Shown here one piece after another: positions 26,054 to 37,970 of a DNA stretch of 64,000 nt. The notes beneath the pieces are model-generated. The model had not been told where the DNA came from, searched no databases, and was given only the letters and a program-made list of their open reading frames with translations. Made by a program: the position numbers and the translations under genes. Every line of letters starts with the position of its first letter. The stretch's first letter is position 1. The DNA is from Amoebophrya sp. A120 (lineage: Eukaryota > Protista > Dinoflagellata): assembly GCA_905178155.1 (NCBI GenBank), contig CAJINV010000011.1, forward strand, positions 1,015,982 through 1,079,981, written 5' to 3'.

Positions 26054-27593
26054 GGAGGAGGTACTGAAAGGCATCTGTTTATCAAGCGGCGTACTATACA
26101 GAGCACATTTTGAGTTTTTTTTTTCAATAATGAGAAGTAGATAGCGATATTAACTCCGTAAGAAGTAAAAGGCCACTTGTTGCTGTAGATAAAAGTAGAC
26201 TTGTTGAGCTGCATAAACAAGAGCTACATGCTGGACTTGCGGCGGAGGCGCCATAAGAGCGTTTTTCCAGCAAAAGCTATGGTTTTTCAAGATCCTGTAT
26301 TTTCATTCAAAGCTTGTTTTCTTGTTTTTTTAAGATCCGCGCAGTGCGGATTGATTGTAAGTATACGTTTTATTGTTTTTTCATCATCAAGATCCAGTAT
26401 TTTTTGCTTGCATCAGCCTACCTGTAAATGAGAATGACGACAGCAAACGAAAAGCACTGCAACTGAAGAATAGAATAGCAAAGACAAGAGTATCTGCTTC
26501 GCGCAGAAGTGGTGCGCTATGCACTCACAGCAACAACCTATTTTTGATCGTTAATTTTTTTTTTTGCCCGCACGCATGATGAGATGCCTTTGCCTAGCCC
26601 TACGAGACTCTTTCATTTTTTTTTTATATATTGTTACACAGTGCCTAGCCTCCTCAGTAGGTGGGTGCAGGAGCAGGTACTAGACAACAACACAAAAGCC
26701 TCTTGTTAGGGTTTTTCGGGAAAAAGTCAAAGAATTCCCAAACAAGACCATGTTGGAAATCATCTCACGTGCTGGGCGCAGCTGTCTTTACAAGACAGAA
26801 GTCTTGAAATGTCAACTTGCTATTGCTGTAGTTAGTTTCTAAGTTCCATTTTGCGTCAATGAAAATGAATATTTTCTCGTAATCTTCCAATGAACTTTTG
26901 CATACGGAAATACAGAACGAAAAGTTATCACGTCGTTTGCGAAAGAATGAAGAAAATAACTTTCACTTTGCAAAAACAAAGGGCTGCTGTACGAATTTTT
27001 TCGAAGCCACGGTGGAGTACCTAAAGTGATCTGAACAGCCGTTGGTGTAGTGAATTGATGTTCACCGGTTGGAGCAAGTGAATTTTCCGTATTTATGGAC
27101 GCACAGGCCAATGTCGCATTTTTGTCCTTTTGCCGGCTCCTCCGTGCATTCCAGTTCTGGCACGAAATTGTTGATCACGAGCTGCCATGATTGATGTTGA
27201 TCTTTGTTCCTGGCATACTTAAATAATCGTGGTTGTGGTTCTGGAAGTTCCTGAAAATCAATCGTCGAAAGGATCTTGTTCGCTGTGTGTGGCATCGGAT
27301 CTGTTGGCCGCTTGTTCTCTTTTTGTCTCCGCAGCTCTCCTGGTCATACCAGATCTGTTTGATTGTTGCTCCTTATGCTTATGCTTCATCCATTTTCTGC
27401 TGGCTTGTGTTCAACACAATCCCAGTTGTTTCTAATTTTGACCCCGGATTATAGCTGGGTGGTACTAATTAGGGCCCAGTTTATTTTCCTTCGACACAAG
27501 AAGTCTCTGTCTCACTCTTTTCTTTTTCTAGTTGTGCTCCTCCACCAAAAAGAAAAAGAAAAACTCCAGTACGACACGAAAATTTTACATAAA

Positions 27594-28808
27594 ATGGACA
27601 ACCTTTCCCCCCTTCTCCCCTGGCTCTACATCGGCGACAAGCACGACGCAAAGGATTTGGAAAACTTGAACCGACAAAACATCAAATACATCGTGAACGC
27701 CACCCCGTCGAAAAACGATGGCGGCGTGGCGAATTTCTACGAGAAACAGGGTAGTATTAAGTACCTCCGACTCCCGATGCAGGACAATGCCAGCGAGAAT
27801 TTGAAACAGTGGTACGAGCAGTTTTTCGCTTTTATCGAGCAATGCCGGATCCGGGACGATGGGAGTTTATTGGTCCACTGCAACCAGGGGGTCTCGCGGT
27901 CGGTCTCCTTGGTGATTGCGTATTTGCTGAAGTATTTCCAGTTTGCCGATTTTGAAGCTTGTTTGAGAGAGATAAAAAGGAAATGCAGGGTAAACGCAGA
28001 CCCCAACGACGCGTTTCGCAGGCAGTTGGAGGACTTCACGGCGGATCTGCGTTGTGGAAAGGAAAAGTACGAAAAGGAGGCGCGGAAGGAGGAGCAGGAG
28101 AAGCAGGAACGGAAAAGGAAAATGCAATTGCAAAATGGTGGAAATGCTAGGGCAATTGAGTCTGTTCATCAAGCAGACGTCGAGAACAACAACGCGAAAC
28201 GGAGAAAAGTGGACAACTACATTGGCCCAGCAGCGCTAGGCCCCCCTCCAGCGCCGCGTCCTCAAGTAGGACCGATGAGGCCAGGAACTTCGACGGCAGG
28301 CGCAAATTCACATCCACCTGCTACTGCTAGTACCATCGGCCCAGCCATGGGACCTGCGCTCCCACCTTCAACGATCGGGCCCGCAGCGATCGGACCGCAG
28401 CGGCCCCCTGCCAGTCCCACTGCTCATACGATAGGCCCTAGTACAACAAAAATATTAGGACCACAACCACCGGGTGCGGGAACGACTGCACCTCCGCCGC
28501 AAGTGGGACCCTCATTACAACCCCCAGCAGGAAGTGCTGCCAACATCGGTCCTGCGTTACCCCCCACAGTAGCAGCAACCCCGATAATAAATCTGAATGC
28601 TGGACCAGCTGTTGCCCCTCCCACAATTACCGAAGCCAACCGAATAAAACCCACGTCACCCTCGACACGCGCGTCTTTGTCGGCAGAAAGAGGAAAGACT
28701 TCAAAACTGACTAATGGTAATGACGGTCACGCAGGAACGGCTGCGGCCGCGGCCGGCACAACAAATGATGTGAAAATTATCGGACCCGCTGGCCCTCCGC
28801 CTCCGTAG
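27594..28808 (+). CDS. Dual-specificity protein phosphatase with Pro-rich (IGP-repeat) C-terminal tail, 404 aa
   Basis: PWLYIGD start, LPMQD acid loop, catalytic VHCNQGVSRS (HCX5R), AYLL motif and PNDAFRRQL; single exon. Confidence 0.9.
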   Translation: MDNLSPLLPWLYIGDKHDAKDLENLNRQNIKYIVNATPSKNDGGVANFYEKQGSIKYLRLPMQDNASENLKQWYEQFFAFIEQCRIRDDGSLLVHCNQGVSRSVSLVIAYLLKYFQFADFEACLREIKRKCRVNADPNDAFRRQLEDFTADLRCGKEKYEKEARKEEQEKQERKRKMQLQNGGNARAIESVHQADVENNNAKRRKVDNYIGPAALGPPPAPRPQVGPMRPGTSTAGANSHPPATASTIGPAMGPALPPSTIGPAAIGPQRPPASPTAHTIGPSTTKILGPQPPGAGTTAPPPQVGPSLQPPAGSAANIGPALPPTVAATPIINLNAGPAVAPPTITEANRIKPTSPSTRASLSAERGKTSKLTNGNDGHAGTAAAAAGTTNDVKIIGPAGPPPP

Positions 28809-29609
28809 ATTCAGCTATCCTACAACTAGATAGTAGAAAATGAAAAGGTGAATTACTAGAATTACATCAAGCCTCACTCTCAGCTGAAAGGCAGACACAA
28901 AGCAAGGGCTTTGTAGTGTGTGAGACCGACCAGGCAGACACTGTTTCAGATTCAGTTCTTTTAACCCTAATATGACAGCTGCAATCCGACAACAGCACTA
29001 CGACCAAGATCTTTCCATTTCGGTTTTCTGATCGATAGAAGTATCGGTTTGCTGGATACAGATCCTGATTTACTTACATTACAGCTAGTACACATGTATG
29101 TTGACAATCGGTATGAAGATCAACTTCGGTTTTTTATCCGCAGTCGGTGGCGCGAACCGCGGAGTGATGTGTGCAAGCAGGGTTGTGGAGGTCATCAACC
29201 TCTGCCTTGTACGCCATCGCGCCGGTTATTTCACTATGCCTTTCCAATTCCATGTGCTCCGCGCCCCGTGGTCACGGTTGCAAAAAAAAGGTCCTCATGA
29301 AGAAGAAGGCAATGTTGCGCACGATCTGATCATGCAATGGATTTGTTGCCGCTTTGTTTTCGGTAGTGGTGAGAAGAACGACGGTCGGGCCAGGAATACA
29401 GCTGCGTATTGCAAGGAACATGCAAAAGATAATGATCAAACACTTTTATTAAGCGTAAGCCGATGGACATAGACGACGTCGTGGTGCCTTAGCCTAGTAA
29501 AAGAGCCATTCCGCAACCCCAGCTTCAACGATCGCCTAGTAAAAGAGCCATTCCGCCTAGTAAAAGAGCTCCCACCTTCAACGATCGGGCCCGCAGCGAT
29601 TGGACCGCA

Positions 29610-30222
29610 TAAAGCGTACAGATCCGCGCACGCCCGGTGATCCGCGGTGATCCGCACCTGCGGCAAGTCCTGCAGCGTCTCCACCGGGATCGCGCCTTTT
29701 TCCCCCCTTTCCGGCATACCGACTTGCTCCTGCTTGGACAACGCGCCCGGCCGCTTCAGCTCCTTCTGCTTCTTCTCCGCCTCCAGGCCCTGGCCACCGA
29801 GGTACTGGGAAACGACCGGTTGGTAGGTGGCAATCTTCTCGTCGAGGGTTTTGCCGGAGTCCTTCTTCTTGTTCGCTTTCCTGGTCAAGGCCGTCAGCTC
29901 GTCTTCGTCCTCATCCGGCTCGTCGCCGAGCGCCCGCGGCCAGTCGATCTCCTTGCAGTACCCGCAGATAACCTTCACGCGGTGCGAGTACCGCGCGCGG
30001 AGCATGAAACCCTTGAAGTTCGCTTGCAGTTTGCAGACCAGCGCGAGAATAGCCGTTGGTGCGGCGTTGAGGATCTGCTGCGCCTTCTCCGGGTCGGTCT
30101 TTTCGTACGATTGGGACATCAACGCAAAATTGTGCGTGTTCAGTCCGTCGTCCGGGTGCTCCGGCTTCGGGATCGGGATCTGGCACTGCTGGATGTGTCG
30201 CACGTTGGATTTTGAAATTTTC
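29610..30222 (-). pseudogene. Captured fragment of an IQ-motif-like protein gene
   Basis: ~200 open GC3-rich codons on the minus strand containing KLQANFKGFMLRARY (IQxxxRGxxxR-like). No native start or stop seen; it lies between two copies of the phosphatase 3' region. Confidence 0.55.
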
Positions 30223-31389
30223 GGACCTGCGCTCCCACCTTCAACGATCGGGCCTTCAGCATTGCTGCGCTCCCACCTTCAACGATCGGGCCCGCAGCGA
30301 TTGGACCGCAGCGCCCTCCCGGTGGTTCTACTGCTAATACGGTAGGGCCTACAACAATAGGACCACAACCACCGGGTGCGAGACCTGCACCTCCGCCGCA
30401 AGTGGGACCCTCATTACAACCCCCAGCAGGAAGTGCTGCCAACATCGGTCCTGCGTTACCCCCCACAGCCACAGTAGCAGCAACCCCGATAATAAATCTG
30501 AATGCTGGACCAGCTGTTGCCCCTCCCACAATTACCGAAGCCAACCGAATAAAACCCACGTCACCCTCGACACGCGCGTCTTTGTCGGCAGAAAGAGGAA
30601 AGACTTCAAAAGTGATTAATAACGGTCACGCAGCGGCCCCGGCCGGCACAGCTGCAAATGGATTGCAAATTATCGGGCCCGCTGGCCCTCCGCCTCAGTA
30701 GATTCTGCTATCCTAGTAGATACAGATAGTACGCAAGGTTAATGAGAATTACATCCCGCCTCACTCTCAAGTGAACAAAGGCAGACACAAAGCAAGAGCC
30801 CTGTAGCGTGTGAGACCGAGCAGGCAGACACTGTTTCAACAGATTCAGTTCTTTTGACCCTATGACAGGTCCAATCCGACAACAGCACCGCCAAGATCTT
30901 TCCATTTCGGTTTTCTGACCTATAGAAGTATCGGTTTGGATGCAGATCCTGCTTTACACTACAGCTAGTACACATGCATGTTGACAATCGGTATGATCAA
31001 GTTCGGTTTTTTTATCCGCGATCGCTGGCGCGAAGTGATGTTTCCAAGCAGGGTTGTGGATATCAACCTCTGCCTGGTACGCCATCGCACCGGTTATGCC
31101 TTTCCAATTCCATCTATGCGCTGCGCTCTGCACCCCGTGCTGGTCACGTTTTTCAAAAAAAAGGTCCTCATGAAGAAAAAGGCAATGTTGTGCTGGATCT
31201 GATGCAGTTGAAGACTTGTTGCCGCTTTGTTTTCGGTAGTGGTGAGAAGAACAACGGTCGGGCCAGGAATACAGCTGCGTATAATTGCAAGGAACATGCA
31301 AAAGATGATGATCAATATCAAACATTTTTAAGCCAATAGAGATAGACGTCGACGTCGTGGTGCCTTAGCCTAGTAAAAGAGCCATTCCG
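30223..31389 (+). pseudogene. Diverged duplicate of phosphatase 3' CDS plus downstream region (28350-29513)
   Basis: Colinear similarity with indels and substitutions; lacks the catalytic domain and the start. Confidence 0.85.
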
Positions 31390-31753
31390 GAAGCAAAAAT
31401 TATCGATCTTAGACGATAAAACCTTAATCGTAATCCTAAGTGTGAGTCTAGAAATAATTTATTTGAAATTGACGCTGAGAGGCTTGTGAATTTTTTCAAC
31501 GAACCATACAGCCCCCGCCGGCATTTCACTGGCAGCACGGTGTACATGTGATGTAGGATCCATTTTTGGAGCAGGGCAGCTACAGTTTTGTCGTAAGGCG
31601 AAAAAGTTACCTTTTAATCATGATGTTACTTCAACCCGGGCGAGACCATTGTTGTTCTCGACGGCTTTTATTGGCCTTTCTACCTAAGAGTTGAAACTAG
31701 TTGCAACTCTTTCTTTTAATATCCTGCTGCCACCACACAACTACATCAACAAA

Positions 31754-34700
31754 ATGACGAAGCGTCTCGCCAGGGGCGATGACTTGTACGATTTAAGCAA
31801 CAGCCTGATCCTGCTTTTTGCCATCTTGCTCCTGCTCTACGGGGTGAAAGGCGCCATCCGGGCGTGGCGGGCCTGCTTGAAATGCCGCATTTTGATGCGG
31901 GCCTTCGGGTTTTTCGACCTGAAAGCCCGACAAAATGCGTACGACAACACGGAGGAGGGAAAGCGGAAAAAGCGCGCTTGCACTTGCTGCTTCCGAACTT
32001 GTAGTTCCAGGTGTTGCGAGCGACAGCCAGCAGATGATAGCCCAGACGACATTCGTCTTCGACCCGGGGCGGGCCGCACGACGCAGAGTCAACTGCTACG
32101 GCAGCGTGGCCAAGTTCTAGAAGCAGGAGATGTACAGAAAAAGCCTCTCCTGCAAAGCGGCGCCTCCAATTATGATTATGCTGACGCACGGCGGAACACG
32201 AAATCCACCGCCGCTCCCTACAGTGACTACAATTTTGACACCAGAAACAGAAGCTTCATCGATTCCCAATTCAGTGACGCAGCTCCTGCGCCGACCATCC
32301 ATCCCGAAGAGGGGATCAGTATCTACACCTCAGCAGGCGCAGGAGCTCCTGGCCCTGGCGCACCAGCTTCTATAAGACCGACCCCTCCGACAGAGAGAGA
32401 AAAGGCCGACTGCATCCGCAACATTCTTTCCTACGGCGAACTGCATATTTCCGAGATGAATGCGGACCAGGACGAGGTACAATCCCACGTGTGGAAGGGT
32501 TTTTGGCTGACCGCGTGCATTTTTTTCGGGTTGGTCCGCTTCCAAGACATGAACTACATGTCGCGGGAGCTACTTGATTTGTCCGGCGGGTACGACACCG
32601 GGACGGTGTTCGCACCCCCGGCGATTTGCATCCGCTACTTGCTGGATGTAACTCGGCAGTTCCTTTTGGTCACCGGACTGCTATTCGCCGTGTTCATTCC
32701 GCGGGCGCGACGAAAGGACTACTGGGTCTATGACTTGCCGAAGGACGTGTCGCAGGAGGAACTCGATTTGCTGTTGCGAAACCGCAACGTTGGCTGGATC
32801 GCGTCCGATTCCTGGCACGGGTTCGCCGCAGGGCTGGCGGGCGCGAATGGGGGGATTAGTACACTCTGTCTGATCTCGGACATCTGGGCGAGGTGGACGA
32901 TAGGTACATATTTATCACCAGTACGTGTGGTTTTTTTCCTCTTCTTTTCTCATATGAATGTTGCTTATTGTGATGCTGTTTATCTTTGTGCTCTGGCTCT
33001 CACAATTGCGAAAAAATGAAAAATTATGTCGAAAAAAACAATTTTTCCCCCGAGTGCGGTTTTTAGCAAGGGGTATTCTGGCGACCCGGGTTGCGATCCT
33101 TCTTTATTGGTACTCGCGCGGCTAGCACAACTGGTAGTGCACCCGGTCGACCTCTCTGGAAGCAGGTAGTACGAAAAGATCTAACTGTGGCGCACCTCCG
33201 GGTGCGCGTCGGGGCCGCGCACCTCCGGGATCGATCCTCAACAGGGAAACGAGGTGGAATGGGGGGCGGTAGTCGAGCCGCTCAGGAGAAGGAACAAAAA
33301 ATCGCGGAGTGATCCCCGCACCACCTGAAACAGATCCACAATGCTTCAGAGAGTTACTAGCGCTACCATGGGGCAGGACTGGGGGGTGCAGGTTCGAATC
33401 CTGCAACGCGCATTTTTTTGCGAAGAATCTTGTTCTCTGTGCGATAAGACGAAGAGGAAGGCGAAGATCATCATAACATAAAAAAAATACTCTACATACA
33501 AATAACACCATCAGGCATTGATCCCTACGGGTTTATCCACGAGCGACGGCAGGGTCTCGGCCTCCTCGGAGAAAACACACCCGGGCAAGCCGCACCGGAA
33601 CCCTTTGAGCAGTTCAACCCGTTTGCGCAGTGTCACGACCGCCAGTGGACCGAGGGCTTTATGTGTTTCATGAAGTGCGCCCCCTTCGCGCCGGGCGAGA
33701 AAATTTGGTACTTCTGCCTCGCGTTCCGGACTTGGCTGATGGTATAGTTTGGGTTTTAACCTTGACTTTGTTTCTTGGTACTGCGCATACTTACTTGAGT
33801 CGAAAACGAAATTTCAGTCTAAGTTGTACTCAGTTGCTGCATTCCTTCTGCAGAAGAACGCTAATTATTTTTGCAGCTTCGTCTTCATCTTCTGGGCAAC
33901 TAACTCGGGAACAACTTCACTTTATCAGGTCCTCTATTTTGCCTCAGTGTATACGATGCAGAAGAAGTTTTCGAGTGTGGAGATCGGCAGCACGGCCTTT
34001 TACCGCGGGTTCCGCGCGGAGCTCGCGATCATCAAGATTGCCGCCTGGGAAACCGTGTTTATCGCGTTCGGCGTGTGGTACACACCGCAAGGTCTGTACG
34101 ACTACCTGAATTGGGGCGGTATGGGGAGCCTGCAGATCATGCTGGCCGTCTTCTCCCTCTTCGTGGCGATTAAGGTGTTACACGACAGCTTCTACTGCTC
34201 TTGGGATATCTTCTGTGACTTCGAGTATTCGGAGGAAATCCTCGCGTGGAAGTTCGACCACAGCTGGAGAGACTTCGAGGAAAGCTTGTCCAAGGGGTTG
34301 GTAAGCATCCACGGAACGAGAACGACACACCCACCAAGGGGCGCCATCGAGCTCGAAGAGCTATTGCACATGCCTCCCGACGAATTGGAAATCAACCAGG
34401 TATTACTCTACAAGGCCCGACCGAGCATGACCACGCCCGTGGCCGGCGCCATGGGCAGGTTCGCGACGACGCCTACTTTAGCAGGAGGAACTCGAACTAC
34501 GACAGTGTTCGAAGGAACTAGTACAAGAGAAATAGGGCAGCAAAGTACTAGAAACATAACCGGCGATAATTACGACCCGACTGGCAGAAGTAAAAGGATC
34601 TTGTTCCCGGATCCACCTGGAGTTGTAGTAACGCCCACGATATCCGTTGTGGATGATCATCACCAAGATTATTCGGCGAGTGACGCCGCGAATACAACTA

Positions 34701-37250
34701 AAGCTCGGATGAATAAGCAACAAAGTCGGACTTTTGAACCCAGCTCCTCAACTATCACAAGGAAAAATCCCCCCTCCCCATATCGAAACGAAGTTTCTGA
34801 TGCTGGATTTGCGTACACAAATCAGGTCTGTCTTGCTGGAGAGGACTGCAGGCATATGCCAAGCCTCGGTCGAGAGGTTTTGGCCTAGGCGCTTAGCATG
34901 AGAAACGTCTATGCTGTAGGCCCAACAGCATCACAAACCGCCTGCATAATGCGGCAGAGCCTGTGGGATTGTCTTCTTGCAAGACAGGCGTGATTTGTGG
35001 TCTCAAATCAGCAAGACAAATTTTCGGAAACATACCTTTTCGATATGGGGAGGGGGGATTTTTCCTCTCAGTATCAACCTCATTCGGAGAACTACGAGGA
35101 GCAGGAAGCAATTTCCCAGTAGTCCCCCAACAAGCTATGTCTTCAACGGTCGTTAGCGTACAGAAGTGTGAATTTGCAGTGAATTTGTATTGCATGACTT
35201 GCATTTACTTGAAAGAGAAGAGCGCTAGCGCTACGTATTAGACACACGAGCCCAAGCATCCCACATAGCCTGAAGGGCTGCTCGTCGCGTGGTGGCGCTT
35301 GCAGCACCAAAAGAGGCGGTCTTGCGGGGGCTCGCCGGGCTGTGTAGTGCGTATCTATCGACCAGAGAAGGTGGGTCGGGGGGCTCTTATTCTTCTGCGC
35401 GTCTGCCTCAGAAGTTCCTCTCCGAAATGGTCGAAAGGGAGGGCGACGCCTGAACACAGGGGCACTAGTTCAACACGTGCGCCCTCACGAGTTGTGGTTG
35501 TGGCTTGGAATTGGGTATCTGGGAGCAGCCTCGGGTGGAAGGGGAGGCACGATTCGGCCGCGGACGCTAGCTTGCTTCGCCTGCTGTGCTCGGCTCACAA
35601 CTCCCCACGTGTCTTTTTGCCTCCGGAGCAAGTCTTATTCGACGTGATCCCCAGGTCAAGAATTCCCTTGGTGAATTTTGGGACTTTTTGTTTTGGCGAC
35701 ACTTTGTTGAAGCCCCAAAGCCCGGAGTTTCTCACGCGCTCGCGAATTTTGAAAAGGAGCCGGAGGACAAAATTCACCGGCGTCCTTTTCAAAATTCACC
35801 CCAAAATTCACCGAGCGCCACTTTTCGATCGTGATAAGCAAAGTTTAGCGCAGAAAAGTGCTCAAAAAAACGCACAAGTAGACCCTGGGAAGTGGGGCCG
35901 AGGGGAAAAGACAGGCGCCCGCTGTTGCCCTAAGCGCCTCTATATTCTGCCGAAAAGGCCGGGAGAGTTCACGCGCCTGCCGGATAGACGCGTCAAAGCT
36001 CTCGGCCGGGTCCTTTCGCCTTTGCTTCCGCGCCTTCATCTTGCCTAAACTGCGCTTATGTGCTTCGCGGCTCTTGTTTTTGGCGTGTTTGCCGCGGCTG
36101 CTGCAGTGCTTGCTCTTTTGCAAGCACAGGAAGACGAAAAGACATGGCCAAAGAATGACGCCCGGGCCATGACATGGCCCGGGCGTCATAAGCCTGGACA
36201 ACTAACTTCTGCGGTGTGCAGAACCCACTTCCCAGAAGAGCAAAAGGGACAATGTCCCGGCAGTCTCCTCTGCTATTTGTCATGCAAAATTCACTACAAA
36301 CTCACCACTTCTCATGCTAACGGGTGTTAAAGCTCTAAACCCAGCTCCTCAACCTCATTCGGAGAACTACGAGTATGCTGTGCAAAAGTATCGTACTCGT
36401 ATAAATGCATTACAAATTGCATCAGCATGACAAAAAGAATTTGTCATGCTGTTTTCGATTGGGATGGAGATTTGTAATGCATAATTGCAATTCATACGAG
36501 TACGATACTTTTGCACAGGATAACGAGGAGCAGGAAGCAATTTCCCAGTAGTCCCCCAACAAGCAGTATCCAAGAAAAAAACGTTGTTAGTGTAAATCTG
36601 TGATGCGCAACATGCAAGACGATTGCGTCTGTCATGCTTGGCATGCATCGTAGGGTCCAATAAAGGGCGTTTTCGCGTACTATCTGCGCATGACAGGTTT
36701 TTGCTGTCATGCCAGACATATTTGTAATGCTGTTCCTCCAAAGAAGTTACACCTACAATGTTTTTTTCTTGGATAAGCAGGTCAGCCTCTCCTGCAGCCC
36801 GGCTTGGAGCTTTCTTTCTCGCCACCTCAAGGCCCCCGCCGCTATTCGAACGCATACTATCCAATACAGAACCAATCTGGCCAGACCAACGCTTCAGGAA
36901 TTATGGAGCAGCAAGACAGGATGAATTTAAATTTAACCTCCTCGCAGGCGAAGCGGAGACTCCAAAACGACAACCCGTGGCTTGACGCGCAGTTAGTTCG
37001 CGCGCTCTCTATCCGGGATGTGTCTCAACAGCAAGGACTCGTGGCCCAAGGAATCAACGGTAATATGGTCGTGCCGCAAAGTAATAGTGGGACGTATTTC
37101 ATTGCAGCAGAAGTAGAAGATGTTGGAGCTCCTGCTGGTGGTGTGATGGAGTACACCACTAGTACACGACGCGCAGAGGAGCAGCAACATCAGCAACCTG
37201 AAGGAGAGCAGGCCCCGTTGGAGGAGGACTTTCTACTTCCAAAAATTTGA
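31754..37250 (+). CDS. Multi-pass membrane protein of unknown function (3' splicing unresolved)
   Basis: Exons 31754-32903, 33515-33741 and 33929-34748 joined by GT-AG introns in frame, then 35075-35135. The natural frame continues at 36777-37250. Several hydrophobic segments. How the 35136-36337 insertion and duplicated exon are removed is unclear; the alternative is a stop at 35241. Confidence 0.6.
33116..33412 (+). ncRNA. tRNA-shaped RNA with ~230-nt insert in place of the anticodon loop (intronic, Pol III-like)
   Basis: GCGCGGC-TA-GCAC-AACTGGTA-GTGC-A-CCCGG ... CTGGG-GGGT-GCAGG-TTCGAAT-CCTGC-AACGCGC-A followed by T7. D arm, anticodon stem and T arm pair; acceptor stem 5/7. Confidence 0.6.
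34753..35073. mobile_element. Introner, family E-like (321 bp)
   Basis: Inverted AGGAAAAATCCCCCCTCCCCATATCGAAA arms; TSD TCAAC/TCAAC; empty site visible at 36349-36353. Confidence 0.92.
35136..36337. mobile_element. 1.2-kb TIR element flanked by a 73-bp exon duplication
   Basis: Left end TATGTCTTCAACGGTCGTTAGCGTACAGAAGTG...GCATGAC is an imperfect inverse of right end GTCATGC...CACTTCTCATGCTAACGGGTGTTAAAGCTCTA; no recognisable transposase. Confidence 0.75.
36374..36522. mobile_element. Introner, family B (149 bp)
   Basis: TATGCTGTGCAAAAGTATCGTACTCGTAT TIR; TSD ACGAG/ACGAG; empty site visible at 35094-35098; repeated at 46144-46292. Confidence 0.95.
36567..36775. mobile_element. Introner, family G (209 bp)
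   Basis: TATCCAAGAAAAAAAC...GTTTTTTTCTTGGATA; TSD AGCAG/AGCAG; repeated at 46337-46545. Confidence 0.92.
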
Positions 37251-37970
37251 TGACGCAGCTCCCTGCTTTTGAAATATAAAATTTTGGAGTACTACACGAA
37301 AGAAAAATCACGATGTCGTGTAAGTTTCTGACTCGAGGTTGTCGTCTAACATTTTGACCACAAGTAGCTTAGTACGAGGAGATCGCATAGAAGTTTTAAC
37401 TCCTCACTCGTGTATGATGCTGTTGAGGATGAAATCGTGCAAATTTAGGTCAATCAAACGAAGTAAGTGTCTTTTATTTGACCTAAGCGACATATACGAC
37501 AACGACTACGACAAGAACGTACTAGGTGCAGGTAGTTGTACCCACTGGTATTACAACCAAGATGCAGCTCTCAGTGAGCTTGCCAGCCAACAAGCCCTGT
37601 ACTAGAAAATGAAAATAGAAGCGATTCGCGCAAAAAAGACAGCCTCCTTGCTGCGCCAAGAAAAGAAAGGCCCAGGCTCCGATGTTGCAGTCTTGAACGA
37701 CCCTCGATGTTCAATAGCAGCGACATGCTCGCTTGCAACAACGACACTTCGACGCTCCTGTTTCGCCCGCCGTTCTTGTGAAAACGATGGTGCGTGCACA
37801 CTGCTTAAGTGCCGTGTTGTGTCGTGGCCGCTGACTTGAGTGGCGTTTTGAAAGGTAACAAGGTTACCATAGGCGTCGACTGACACGGAAGTAGTCCTCG
37901 ATAACTACCACTGCATGAAGACGAAGAACAAGAGGGAATGCAAGCTCAACCCAGCAGCTAGTACGTGACT

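Noticed and set aside
27363-27593. Upstream extension of the phosphatase ORF from a TTG start
   Set aside because: Low-complexity UTR-like sequence; the domain begins at ATG 27594.
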